This document shows positions 39,387 to 48,448 of a DNA stretch of 64,000 nucleotides, one piece after another. The stretch comes from an uncultured Candidatus Saccharibacteria bacterium (lineage in GTDB: Bacteria; Patescibacteriota; Minisyncoccia; Phycocordibacterales; Phycocordibacteraceae), in contig CAYSUL010000001.1 of NCBI GenBank assembly GCA_964434255.1, forward strand, positions 181,695 to 245,694, read 5' to 3'. The notes under the pieces are model-generated. The model had not been told where the DNA came from, made no database searches, and saw only the letters and a program-made list of their open reading frames with translations. The first letter of the stretch is position 1. The number at the start of each line of letters is the position of its first letter. A program made the translations under genes and the position numbers.

Positions 39387-41088
39387 AGAAAGTGTCGCCT
39401 GAAATGGAAACGTTGGTGAATACTGTCGTCGTGTACCCAGTCTTCGTGATAGTGATGGTGTAGTCGCTCGCTGACGAGAGACTCCCAAACGATGCCGCGC
39501 CGCATGAGGACCCTGTAATGGTGCTCGTGTAGCCGGTGCGTGCGAGCGTCACGCTCGCACCCGGTACGACGGCTCCTCCTGCGTCACGCACCCCGACAAG
39601 GATGCTGTGGGCCGTGTTGGTACCGAGTACGAGCGAACTCTCGACAACCGCCGCGGGGGCGAGCGAGTACGGAGGCATGCCGCACGCGTCCACCACGTCA
39701 TAGCCGGCCAGGTCGAGCTGATACGCATCCCATTCGAGCGAGAGCGACTTACTTGCGCTTGCGCCCGTCGTATCCGATATCTCGGTCTTATATATGGAAG
39801 CCCCGGCTCCAGTAGTCCCTACCGTCTTAGCGCCCTGGAGATCGAACGCTATGTTCGGAAGTGGGATAGGGCCGCGCCTGTAGTTCAAGTTCCAGCTATC
39901 GAGCGAGGGAGTCTCGGTCGCGAGCGATGTCGAGAGGTCGGCCGCAAGCGCAAGCGTCGGGTACGTCGTCGTCGAAATACCGCTCAGGTCTATCGGGAAG
40001 GCAGTGAAGCCCGCGACGTTCCCCGGGAGTATCGCATCGGGAAGCGGAGTACCCGCACTATCCACGACACGGACGCGCATGTTCGTGTTCACCGAGACAG
40101 AACGCACGGCCTCGACACTGAGCCAGCCGGCGAGATACGTGGGTGCCACCGATTGCGATTGCGCGGAACCACTTGCGAGGTATCCGCCCGCATCAGTCGC
40201 GAGGATAACTGAGCCGCCCGATACCGCGGCGCTCGACAGGGATGCAAGCAATGAACTATCTGCGAACGTGTCTGCGAAGCTCGCTGTCACTATCGGGGAG
40301 AACGTACGGATGGTGAGCGCAGCGAGCACGTCGATAGCGAACGTGCTCGCGGTCGTCTGGTTCTGCGCGACGGTGAGGTATCCCGGCGTCGGGTTCTGGT
40401 TCGTCGCGTCGCGTGCATAGGTCTGCGCGGTCGAGTATCCCGCCTTGGTGACCACGATGCGGTAATCGGTCGAGGTAGCGGCGCCCGGCAGGTACACGAG
40501 CCCGGCGGCGTTGCTAAAGGCAGTGAGGTTAACCGCTGGCGCGGTGCTCGGATTATCTATATCGACGGTCGCGCCCGCGATACCGGCCCCGAGCGCATCC
40601 ACCACACTTATCTGCAGCGTTCCCCCTCCGGTCGTGGTCTCGAGCCCAGCCGGTGACTGGCTCGAGATGAGTTCCACTTCGCGCGCAGTGCCGTCCGTGT
40701 AGTACGTAACGGTTATCTTCACCTGCTTGTAGTCGGTGGTGATGCCGGTCTGGTCCAGCGCCCCGAGCCCATCCGCAGGATCGTCCACATATTGGATGAA
40801 GGTCCTGACTCCGTACGAAAGATTGTTCATGGTCGTCGTCGCGGTCTGCGGTATGACACCGGCAGGGATACCTCCTACCGTTCCTATGGAATCATATGGG
40901 AGCGAACGAACGTATTCCATCTGGCTCGTCGCTATCGATGTCGCTACCGCTTTCGATTTCGCGAGCGAAGAGACGAGGAACGAGGCGCGCAGCAGTCCGA
41001 ATAGCGCGAGGAAGATGATGAGCGTAATTGCAGTACCGACGAGTACGTCGACGAGCGACATGCCGCGCGATGGAGTGCGAGGGAACAT
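39367..41088 (-). CDS. large PilV-like pseudopilin (573 aa) with carboxypeptidase-regulatory-like beta-sandwich repeats
   Basis: Start at MFPRTPSRG|MSLVDVLVGTAITLII. Repeated TKAGYSTAQTY / TKTGYTTTVF motifs. Confidence 0.6.
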   Translation of the reverse strand: MFPRTPSRGMSLVDVLVGTAITLIIFLALFGLLRASFLVSSLAKSKAVATSIATSQMEYVRSLPYDSIGTVGGIPAGVIPQTATTTMNNLSYGVRTFIQYVDDPADGLGALDQTGITTDYKQVKITVTYYTDGTAREVELISSQSPAGLETTTGGGTLQISVVDALGAGIAGATVDIDNPSTAPAVNLTAFSNAAGLVYLPGAATSTDYRIVVTKAGYSTAQTYARDATNQNPTPGYLTVAQNQTTASTFAIDVLAALTIRTFSPIVTASFADTFADSSLLASLSSAAVSGGSVILATDAGGYLASGSAQSQSVAPTYLAGWLSVEAVRSVSVNTNMRVRVVDSAGTPLPDAILPGNVAGFTAFPIDLSGISTTTYPTLALAADLSTSLATETPSLDSWNLNYRRGPIPLPNIAFDLQGAKTVGTTGAGASIYKTEISDTTGASASKSLSLEWDAYQLDLAGYDVVDACGMPPYSLAPAAVVESSLVLGTNTAHSILVGVRDAGGAVVPGASVTLARTGYTSTITGSSCGAASFGSLSSASDYTITITKTGYTTTVFTNVSISGDTFYEATFD

Positions 41089-41179
41089 GCGTCTATGATA
41101 ACGCACGCAACCGTTATGAAGCGCGTAGGAATGAGCAGTGGTGATCTGAAGAGTTATGCAGCGGAATGTGCTGGAACAC

Positions 41180-41482
41180 CTATACCTCGTATCGACTTGG
41201 ATCATTGACCTTCAGTTTTGAGAGGACTGGATTCGGTATAGCCTTCAGCGCTTCATTAATTTGAGCTTCTGGCACCAGCGTTTTTATGAAATTTTCTACA
41301 GTCTGCGCACCAGACCCAGCGCGCAAAGCAAACCGAACGGTGTTCTCTTGATCAGAGGCATTCTCGACTAGGCAGGATATTCCTTGCTCGATAGTGAACT
41401 TACGAATGCGACCTCGGAGCTTTACCCCGTGCAGTTCGGCGCAATCGCACTTAATTTCGTATATATCCCAAGAAAGAATCAT
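41180..41482 (-). CDS. hypothetical protein (low GC)
   Basis: 100 aa, A+T-rich codons. First gene of the 41.2-42.8 kb low-GC insert. No Shine-Dalgarno sequence seen. Confidence 0.35.
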   Translation of the reverse strand: MILSWDIYEIKCDCAELHGVKLRGRIRKFTIEQGISCLVENASDQENTVRFALRAGSGAQTVENFIKTLVPEAQINEALKAIPNPVLSKLKVNDPSRYEV

Positions 41483-41503
41483 GGGCTGATTCTATCAAAT
41501 GTC

Positions 41504-41530
41504 GGCTGGAGTCGGGGACGATGTTGGAAC
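41504..41530 (+). promoter_or_regulatory. Promoter cassette A: GCTGGagtcgGGGACGATGTTGGAAC
   Basis: One of three near-identical 26-28 nt motifs. TTGGAA is a -35-like hexamer. 51 nt upstream of the 41582 ATG. Confidence 0.45.
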
Positions 41531-41581
41531 CCTTATGCAACTATGTTAGGGTTCTGTCCAGAAAGAACGGAGGATCAGCTC

Positions 41582-41974
41582 ATGATCGTGGACTCTTTGA
41601 ACCAGCCAATAACACTGGACTCCCTCACGGAACAGCTCTTTCGACTGGAGAGAGCGACACCTATCCCCCAGGTTACCGACCATCGCATCGCTGCCGGATT
41701 TCTCCTTGAGCAATACGGGGACAGGACGCGTAGATTCATCAAGATTGACCGTCAGGCACGGGTGAATATCGTGATCGAATGGATACGGAAAATGAGCGTG
41801 TCGCGGCGCGAAACCATATCCACAACACAAGAAGTGGTTGCGACCCTTCTTTACCAAGATCTTGTCGAAGGTACGCCGCACATGGGGTACACCGACATGA
41901 CTCGCCTTACGCTAAACGCAAACGGAAAGCGGAAGGTCGTTCGAGAATACTTCTCAGTCAATCCCGCCGCATAA
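41582..41974 (+). CDS. hypothetical protein P1 (130 aa)
   Basis: GGAGGA Shine-Dalgarno 7 nt upstream of ATG 41582. Own terminator at 41992..42024. Confidence 0.5.
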   Translation: MIVDSLNQPITLDSLTEQLFRLERATPIPQVTDHRIAAGFLLEQYGDRTRRFIKIDRQARVNIVIEWIRKMSVSRRETISTTQEVVATLLYQDLVEGTPHMGYTDMTRLTLNANGKRKVVREYFSVNPAA

Positions 41975-41991
41975 ACTACTCACCCACGCTA

Positions 41992-42024
41992 GAAGCCCCT
42001 CACCGGAAACGGCGAGGGGTTTGC
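41992..42024 (+). terminator. Rho-independent terminator
   Basis: agcccctcacc-ggaaac-ggcgaggggtt followed by TGC. Confidence 0.55.
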
Positions 42025-42034
42025 ATGTATCCAT

Positions 42035-42060
42035 GCTGGGGCCTGGGACGATATTGGAAC
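42035..42060 (+). promoter_or_regulatory. Promoter cassette B: GCTGGggccTGGGACGATATTGGAAC -N16- TATATA
   Basis: -35-like TTGGAA, 16-nt spacer, then TATATA at 42077..42082. Confidence 0.5.
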
Positions 42061-42112
42061 TTTACTCCTCCTGCGTATATAGTGCGCCCAGAAGCAACCC
42101 TTGGAGGCTCTT

Positions 42113-42424
42113 ATGGGTCAATTGGAACCTTGGCACATCCTAGTACTCGGAGCCCTACTGTCGGCTCCCCTCATGATCGCGGCCTGGAAACAGCCCGTCG
42201 CCCCTCTGCCTGAGCTTGTTCCCTACGAGATCGCCGAAGCAGTTCAGGCATGGCTGTTCGAAATCCTCCCGCCCCAGCTCACCACGAGAGGCGGACTTCG
42301 GCTCGAAGAGAACGGGTGGGTCATCGTCATCCAGTACGAAGATCCTGCCGACCTCGCTCTCATCCCCTCTCAACGCAATGGGGTGCGGATCATTCCGGAG
42401 CAAGCCGCTCCGCTGATTTCCTGA
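42113..42424 (+). CDS. hypothetical membrane protein P2 (103 aa from MGQLEPWHILVLGALLSAPLMIAAW)
   Basis: GGAGG Shine-Dalgarno before ATG 42113 (ORF track start 42101). One TM segment. Own terminator. Confidence 0.5.
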   Translation: MGQLEPWHILVLGALLSAPLMIAAWKQPVAPLPELVPYEIAEAVQAWLFEILPPQLTTRGGLRLEENGWVIVIQYEDPADLALIPSQRNGVRIIPEQAAPLIS

Positions 42425-42443
42425 CCTACAACTGTTCGTTTGC

Positions 42444-42478
42444 GGTCGCCCGAATTCTGTCGGGCGACTTTTGCTTTT
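42444..42478 (+). terminator. Rho-independent terminator (gtcgcccga-attct-gtcgggcgac-ttttgctttt)
   Basis: Same hairpin family as the one at 42756..42790. Confidence 0.65.
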
Positions 42479-42481
42479 ATT

Positions 42482-42546
42482 GCTGGGAGTCTGGGATGAT
42501 GTTGGAAACAGACTAACATTGACATTATAGGTATAATACCTATAAT
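42482..42546 (+). promoter_or_regulatory. Promoter cassette C: GCTGGgagTCTGGGATGATGTTGGAAAC, then TTGACA -N16- TATAAT
   Basis: Conserved motif at 42482..42509. Near-consensus sigma70 promoter with TTGACA at 42519..42524 and TATAAT at 42541..42546. Confidence 0.55.
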
Positions 42547-42573
42547 CGCATTTAGATTCACGGAGATAGACCA

Positions 42574-42738
42574 ATGGCAGAGAAAACTCTCGAGGGAGAG
42601 ATACTCAAGAACATCCTGAACTACGTCGAGGAAGGCGCCGATACCACTTCCGAACCTGTGGAACCTAGTTCCCTCCTCGGAGAGCTTCAATCGACGGTCT
42701 TCGACTACGAGCATGGTAAGCCGACCGGCACCGCCTGA
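42574..42738 (+). CDS. small acidic protein P3 (54 aa, MAEKTLEGEILKNILNYVEEGADTTSEPVEPSSLLGELQSTVFDYEHGKPTGTA)
   Basis: Under 60 aa, so absent from the ORF track. GGAGAT Shine-Dalgarno. Flanked by promoter and terminator. Confidence 0.45.
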   Translation: MAEKTLEGEILKNILNYVEEGADTTSEPVEPSSLLGELQSTVFDYEHGKPTGTA

Positions 42739-42755
42739 ACCGCCATCGCCTACCA

Positions 42756-42790
42756 GAGTCGCCTGACCCTGTTAGGCGACTTTTGTTTTA
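42756..42790 (+). terminator. Rho-independent terminator (agtcgcctga-ccctg-ttaggcgact-tttgtttt)
   Basis: Followed by a degenerate fourth cassette motif, ATTGCTGGcggattaGGTATCGAACC. Confidence 0.6.
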
Positions 42791-42814
42791 TTGCTGGCGG
42801 ATTAGGTATCGAAC

Positions 42815-44032
42815 CTAGATCTTATCCGAAAGCGAGTAGATAGGAGAGATCATCGAAAGCGCGAACACGCCCACAACCCCACCAATGAAGAGCATGAGGA
42901 TAGGTTCGATGATGGTGGAGAGGTCCTTGGTACGGTCCTCGACGTCGGTCTCATAGTATTCGGCGACCTGCCCGAGCATATCCGCCACCTTACCCGTCTC
43001 CTCCCCCACCGCAATCATGTCGGCAATGAATACCGGATAGAGCTTCGGATAGTCATTGAAGGTAGAGGAAAGGGTCTCGCCCTTGCGCACGCGTGCTTCC
43101 GCTTCGGTGATGACCTTGCTGAACTTCTTCTCCCCCACGACTTCTGCTGCGATGGAGAGCGCAGAAAGCATCTCGACACCCGACGACAGCAGCGAAGAGA
43201 GGGCGCGAGCAGCACGCGCGCTATACGTCTCCTTCACCAGCTCCCCGATGATAGGGATACGGAGCGCTACGGCGACAACGATACTTCCTCCCACCTTCGT
43301 CTTGGTGAAGAGCACGAACCCTACGACGACGAGCGCGAACAGCACAAGTACGAGCACGGGATTGTTCGCCATGAAGTCGGACGCGCCGATAACCATCTTG
43401 GTGGCAGCCGGAAGCTCGACGCCGAGCTCACGGAAGGTGTTCGATAGCGTCGGCACCACGTATATGAGCATGAGGATACCGATGAGCACGACTGCAACGA
43501 GGATGATGGAAGGATAGATCATCGCGCCCTTCACCTTCTTATTCAAAGAGTTCGACCTATCCATCTGTTTCGCCACCACCTTGAGCGCCTCGGCGAGCGT
43601 TCCCGACTCCTCTCCCGCCTTGGTCATAGCGATGAAGAGGTCGGAGAAGATATTGCGGTGGAATGCGAGCGCCTCGTGGAATGCCTGGCCCGTCTTCACC
43701 TTCTCGGAGAGGTCCACGACGATGCGCTTCAGCGCCTTGTTGGTGGTCTGGCGCTCAATGACGGAGAGCGCGCGGGAGAGCGAGAGCCCGGCGGTGAGCA
43801 TGGCAGATAGGTTCTTGGTGAATGTGATGCGTTCGTCCATCTTCACCCCGCTCCCTATCTGAATGCTTGAGAGACGTGCAAACGAGAAGGTTCCGCCAGC
43901 GCCTTCCTGTACCGCGATCACGGTCAGTCCTTCTTTCTCCGCATCCGCATACACCGCGAAGCGCGATGCCGCTTCCATGGTCCGCTTCTCTTCCGTTCCA
44001 TCCTCACGCTTGAGCGTGACGCGATATTTCAT
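42815..44032 (-). CDS. pilC: type IV pilus assembly protein PilC (GspF family inner-membrane platform)
   Basis: 405 aa. Two T2SSF repeats and three TM segments. Confidence 0.85.
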   Translation of the reverse strand: MKYRVTLKREDGTEEKRTMEAASRFAVYADAEKEGLTVIAVQEGAGGTFSFARLSSIQIGSGVKMDERITFTKNLSAMLTAGLSLSRALSVIERQTTNKALKRIVVDLSEKVKTGQAFHEALAFHRNIFSDLFIAMTKAGEESGTLAEALKVVAKQMDRSNSLNKKVKGAMIYPSIILVAVVLIGILMLIYVVPTLSNTFRELGVELPAATKMVIGASDFMANNPVLVLVLFALVVVGFVLFTKTKVGGSIVVAVALRIPIIGELVKETYSARAARALSSLLSSGVEMLSALSIAAEVVGEKKFSKVITEAEARVRKGETLSSTFNDYPKLYPVFIADMIAVGEETGKVADMLGQVAEYYETDVEDRTKDLSTIIEPILMLFIGGVVGVFALSMISPIYSLSDKI

Positions 44033-44059
44033 GAAAAAATTCTAGCATGCAAAAGACTT

Positions 44060-44094
44060 CGGGCCGGACTCTTCTTTCGAAGAAGTCCGGCCCG
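44060..44094 (-). terminator. Strong 16-bp-stem hairpin between the small membrane gene and pilC (attenuator or terminator)
   Basis: cgggccggacttcttc-tttcg-aagaagtccggcccg. Confidence 0.35.
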
Positions 44095-44101
44095 TGCACG
44101 C

Positions 44102-44431
44102 TTAGGCGCGCGTCGCGCGATCCTGCGGGATGAGGCCCACAATGAGGACGCCCACGAGACCCATCGAGAGGCCAGCGAACAGATCGGAGAGATTGTCCTG
44201 TCCGGAAATCCTCAGCAGCACCGCAGCCGCGACAAGCAGCGCAAGCAGAAAGAACGTCCACCCACCCGCGCCGGCGACTTTATTCGTCCGGATCAGGAGC
44301 GCAGACCACAGGAGTGCGGCAAGCGCGGCGCCCCAAAACCATGCGGGCATCATGCCGTCGACGATGCTGAATGCCAGACATCCGAGCGCCAGGAAGCCAG
44401 CGAGCACCGCTGCGAGCATACCTCTAACCAT
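44102..44431 (-). CDS. small integral membrane protein
   Basis: 109 aa with 3 TM segments, between pilB and pilC. Confidence 0.45.
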   Translation of the reverse strand: MVRGMLAAVLAGFLALGCLAFSIVDGMMPAWFWGAALAALLWSALLIRTNKVAGAGGWTFFLLALLVAAAVLLRISGQDNLSDLFAGLSMGLVGVLIVGLIPQDRATRA

Positions 44432-44520
44432 TTCCCTTCCTCCGGCTGCGCCTCTCCGATTCTTCGGAGTTCATACGCAGCTCTGCGGCAGTTATACCAC
44501 CACCCTCGCGAAAAGGAAGG

Positions 44521-46317
44521 TTATTCCGTGACCGCCCGCAACACCTCCTCGATAGAGGTAATCCCGCGCGCCGACTTATACAGACCATCCTCAAGCATCG
44601 TGAGCATGCCCTCTTTTCGTGCCTGCTCCTCTATAGCTTCCGAGGTCGCGCTATGCAAAATGAGCTCGCGTATGGACGAAGAGACCGAGAGTATCTCGTG
44701 TATACCGATACGGCTCTTATACCCCTCTTCGCATTCGCTGCTTGGCACCGGCTTATAGAACGGCAAGTCATCTATCTTCACGCCCGCCTTAACCAGTTTC
44801 TCCTCCTTGAGAGAATTGAGCGCCGCCTCGAACTTATCCTCGTGCGCTATCTTCGCGCGTTCCTCCGCATCGAGCGCATACTGCTCCTTCCCTTCGCAGA
44901 GCTTACGCACCAGACGCTGACCGACGATGACACGGAGCGTGGAGACGAGGAGGAACGGCTCGACACCCATGTCGATGAGGCGCGGTATCGCGCCTGCTGC
45001 CGAGTTCGTGTGGATGGTGGAAAGCACGAGGTGGCCCGTGAGCGCCGCATTGATAGCGAGCGCCGCCGTCTCACCGTCGCGAATCTCTCCCACCATGATG
45101 ATGTCCGGGTCCTGACGCACGAGGGAGCGGAGCCCGTTCGCGAACGTGAATCCGATGGCCGGGTTCACCTGCGTCTGATTCACGCGCTTCATCTGGTACT
45201 CGATAGGGTCCTCGATGGTCGAGATGTTCACGTCCGGCGTGTTCAGGATATCGAGGATGGTATACAGCGTCGTCGTCTTACCCGAACCGGTCGGTCCCGA
45301 CACGAGGATGATGCCAGTCGTGGACTTCGTCGCCTTATGAATGTTCTCCATCGTCTCTCCATGGAAACCGAGCACGTCGAGCGTGAAGCCCTCCCCTCCC
45401 GTCTCGCGAAGGAGGCGCATGACTATCTTCTCGCCGTAGTAGGTCGGGAGAAGGGATACACGGAACGAGACCGCTTCAGCCTCCGCTTCCATCTTGAAGC
45501 GTCCGTCCTGCGGAAGGCGTTTCTCGTCGAGCTTGAGGTTGGCCAGAACTTTAATGCGGGCGACGATGCCGGCGGCCGCGTTCCTTGGCAGCGTCATCGC
45601 GTCATGAAGGATACCGTCGATGCGGTAGCGGACGAGCACTTCAGTCTCGGAGTGCTCGATATGAATATCGGACGCGCTCTGGATGATGGCGTGACGGAGC
45701 AGTGTGTCGACGATTCTAACGATCGGCAAATCCTCCGCCATCTTCTTGAGATCCTCGCCTGACGCGTCGTCGCCCGTCCCTTCCTTAACCAGATTAAGGC
45801 GTCCTGCTTCGGTGGAGATAAGGTCACCGAACTCCTCCTTAAGGGACTTCTGGTACTGCAGGAGCACGAACTTGAGCGACTCATCATCGGTGAGGCGCGG
45901 GAGTATCTTGAGCCCGGTCTTCTTCCGTACGGAGTCTATGGAGATGAGGTCCTCCGTATCGAGCATGGCGACCTCGAGGTCTCCGCCGTTCTTGCGGAAC
46001 GCGATGATGGAGTGGGTGCGCGCGATAGGCTCCGGGATGAGGGAGAGCACCTCGAGCGGTATCTTCCTGTCCTTCAGGTTCACGAACGGGATGCCGAGCA
46101 CATAGGCTTTGATGCGACGGAGCGCATCTTGCGAGAGCGTTCCGCGGGACACGAGGATATCGCCGACGGACTGCTTCTTCTCCTTCGCCTCATTGTCCGC
46201 ATCCTCGACATCCTTGCGCGCCACGAGGCCCGAGTCGAGGATGAACTCTTTCAATTCGCTTTCTGATACTTGCATAGCCGTTGAGTAATGAAAGTATAAC
46301 GCGCCGATGCAATACAT
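44521..46317 (-). CDS. pilB: type IV pilus assembly ATPase PilB (GspE family)
   Basis: 598 aa. T2SE N-terminal domain, Walker A GPTGSGKTTTLY and the EDPIEY Asp box. Confidence 0.9.
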   Translation of the reverse strand: MYCIGALYFHYSTAMQVSESELKEFILDSGLVARKDVEDADNEAKEKKQSVGDILVSRGTLSQDALRRIKAYVLGIPFVNLKDRKIPLEVLSLIPEPIARTHSIIAFRKNGGDLEVAMLDTEDLISIDSVRKKTGLKILPRLTDDESLKFVLLQYQKSLKEEFGDLISTEAGRLNLVKEGTGDDASGEDLKKMAEDLPIVRIVDTLLRHAIIQSASDIHIEHSETEVLVRYRIDGILHDAMTLPRNAAAGIVARIKVLANLKLDEKRLPQDGRFKMEAEAEAVSFRVSLLPTYYGEKIVMRLLRETGGEGFTLDVLGFHGETMENIHKATKSTTGIILVSGPTGSGKTTTLYTILDILNTPDVNISTIEDPIEYQMKRVNQTQVNPAIGFTFANGLRSLVRQDPDIIMVGEIRDGETAALAINAALTGHLVLSTIHTNSAAGAIPRLIDMGVEPFLLVSTLRVIVGQRLVRKLCEGKEQYALDAEERAKIAHEDKFEAALNSLKEEKLVKAGVKIDDLPFYKPVPSSECEEGYKSRIGIHEILSVSSSIRELILHSATSEAIEEQARKEGMLTMLEDGLYKSARGITSIEEVLRAVTE

Positions 46318-46331
46318 CGGCGCGTTTTCCG

Positions 46332-46838
46332 CTAGGGGATTTCCACGATCAGTTCGTCCTTGAGCGCTTGGGCGATTGGCGCAAGACGATAAGGTGGAAG
46401 CTTGTTCGGTTCGTACGGGTGATAATTCTTCCCGAAACGCACGTCCGGATAGCGCGCACCGTCGAACTCCACCACATCGGTATACCGAGGAACAAGATGT
46501 AGGTGCCCGTGTCCACGGTGGCCGTACTGCCCGAACGCCTCATTGCCCCACCACTGCACATTGAGGAGGGCAGCACCCCACAACCGCTGAGTCGCCCCGC
46601 GATATAGGCCGGTGAGCAGGCACAGCTCACGGAGCTCTTCTTCGTTCAAGTCATCGAACGGATGGAAATCGACGTGACGGGAAGTGAGCCATAAGTACGC
46701 ACGCCCCAGAAGATGCTGGTTTTCGTTCAGATAGAGTCGCCAATAGCGACCCTCATACAGATGAAGATACTTGAGCCTCGCGTTCGGCTGGATGAGCTCA
46801 TCCCGCCGAAGCTCAGTGATAGGTGGCAGTTCGTACAT
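46332..46838 (-). CDS. HIT-superfamily protein (HGHGHLHLVPR triad)
   Basis: 168 aa from MYELPPITEL (AGGAG Shine-Dalgarno). Histidine triad motif. Confidence 0.55.
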   Translation of the reverse strand: MYELPPITELRRDELIQPNARLKYLHLYEGRYWRLYLNENQHLLGRAYLWLTSRHVDFHPFDDLNEEELRELCLLTGLYRGATQRLWGAALLNVQWWGNEAFGQYGHRGHGHLHLVPRYTDVVEFDGARYPDVRFGKNYHPYEPNKLPPYRLAPIAQALKDELIVEIP

Positions 46839-47003
46839 ACCCGTCTCCTTGTGTGTCCGGAACCACCCTACCCCGCTCTCCCCATTGACGCAACGCACCT
46901 ATATATGGTATGTTCTACCTATCTGAATTGTCCGCACCCGCGGGCATTTCTTTTTAAAGGGCTACAATTACATACGTTCATACAACTAAATAGAGGAAGG
47001 CTT

Positions 47004-48425
47004 ATGTTGGATCTCAAAACAATCAATTCGGTGCTCGTGGAGTTCGAGGAACGCGGTATCACTAAGGAAACGATGGTCGACGCTATCGAAAGCGCGATGG
47101 CCACCGCATATAAGAAGGAATACGGAAAGCGCGGCCAGGTGGTACGCGGCAAGCTCGATATGAATACCGGCACCGTCTCCTTCGAGCAGGTAAAGACCGT
47201 CGTGGACGACACCATGGTCCGCTTCCCCGTCGAAGGCGAGGAGGAAGTAGTCGAGCACCCAGTGGGCCACCCCGCTCACGATCGTGAGGAAGAGGTCGCT
47301 GAGGGCGAGCTCCCCCGCTATGACGCCGAGAAGCACATCCTGCTTGAGGATGCGATGCGCATCAAGCGCGGCGTGGCGCTTGCTGAGGAAATAATTTTCC
47401 CGCTCGAGCCCCAGGACGACTTCGGCCGTATCGCGGCCCAGACCGCGAAACAGGTCGTCATCCAGAAGATCCGCGAGGCCGAGAAGCTCTCCATCCTCGA
47501 CGAGTTCGCCCACAAGAAGGGCGAGATCGTGTCCGGCGTCGTGCAGCGCATCGAGCGTGGCGCGATATTCATCGACCTTGGTCGTGCGACCGGCATCATC
47601 CCGTACGAGGAGCAGATCCCTGGCGAACGATATCGTCCAGGAGAGCGCATCCGCGCGTACCTCTATGCAGTGGACGAAGGATTCCGCGGCGTATATCTCC
47701 GCCTTTCCCGCAGCCATCCCCGCTTCCTCATTCGTCTCTTCGAGATGGAGGCTCCGGAACTCGCCGCAGGCTCTATCGAAGTGAAGGGTGTCGCGCGCGA
47801 GCCTGGCTCCCGCACGAAGATAGCCATCTCTTCGGTAGATTCGCACGTCGACCCGGTCGGCTCCCTCGTTGGTCAGCGCGGCGTCCGCGTCTCGACCGTC
47901 ATGAGCGAGCTCGGTGGCGAGCGCATCGACATCATCGAGTGGTCGGAAGACCAGTCGGCCTTCATCAAGGAGTCACTTTCTCCTGCTTCCGTCATGAGCG
48001 TCGAGCTCGACGAGGTGAATCACCGCGCTAAGGTCACTGTTTCCGAGGACCAGCAGTCGCTCGCGATAGGTCGCGGCGGCCAGAATGTGCGCCTTGCAGC
48101 CAAGCTCACCGGTTGGAACCTCGATATCGAGTCGACCGGCGGCACCTCCGTCGGAGGCGCAGCAAGCGACGAGATCTCCTTCGACAAGAAGGCGTCTAAC
48201 GACTCCACTATCAAGGCTGAGGCCGAGATAGAGGCGTCAGAAGCAGGTACCGAGCAAAGCCCTTCGATAGAAGCGGGTATTGCGGGTAACGAGAGCGATT
48301 CCGTCATCACGAGCGAAGAGGATGCGAGCGAGGACCCAGGCCACCTCACGGTGGAGCAGGAACTCACCCGCACCGATGAGAACGAATCGGTCGTGGACGC
48401 GAAAGAGTCCCGCGACGAAGCATAA
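47004..48425 (+). CDS. nusA: transcription termination/antitermination factor NusA (acidic C-terminal tail)
   Basis: 473 aa from the ATG at 47004 (GAGGAAGG Shine-Dalgarno). S1 and KH domains. Confidence 0.9.
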   Translation: MLDLKTINSVLVEFEERGITKETMVDAIESAMATAYKKEYGKRGQVVRGKLDMNTGTVSFEQVKTVVDDTMVRFPVEGEEEVVEHPVGHPAHDREEEVAEGELPRYDAEKHILLEDAMRIKRGVALAEEIIFPLEPQDDFGRIAAQTAKQVVIQKIREAEKLSILDEFAHKKGEIVSGVVQRIERGAIFIDLGRATGIIPYEEQIPGERYRPGERIRAYLYAVDEGFRGVYLRLSRSHPRFLIRLFEMEAPELAAGSIEVKGVAREPGSRTKIAISSVDSHVDPVGSLVGQRGVRVSTVMSELGGERIDIIEWSEDQSAFIKESLSPASVMSVELDEVNHRAKVTVSEDQQSLAIGRGGQNVRLAAKLTGWNLDIESTGGTSVGGAASDEISFDKKASNDSTIKAEAEIEASEAGTEQSPSIEAGIAGNESDSVITSEEDASEDPGHLTVEQELTRTDENESVVDAKESRDEA

Positions 48426-48448
48426 CCGTCCTATATAATCTCCGCTAT

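Noticed and set aside
41180-41482. Acylphosphatase-like assignment for the 100-aa ORF
   Set aside because: Only a vague resemblance to the acylphosphatase fold pattern; the signature motifs (V-x-G-x-V-Q-G-V-x-F-R) are not present. Left as hypothetical.
41504-41545. Sigma-54 (-24/-12) reading of TTGGAACccttaTGCA in cassette A
   Set aside because: GG-to-GC spacing is one nt short of the consensus, and copies B and C do not conserve a GC at -12. The conserved TTGGAA with a 16-17 nt spacer to a TATA-like box fits sigma-70 better.
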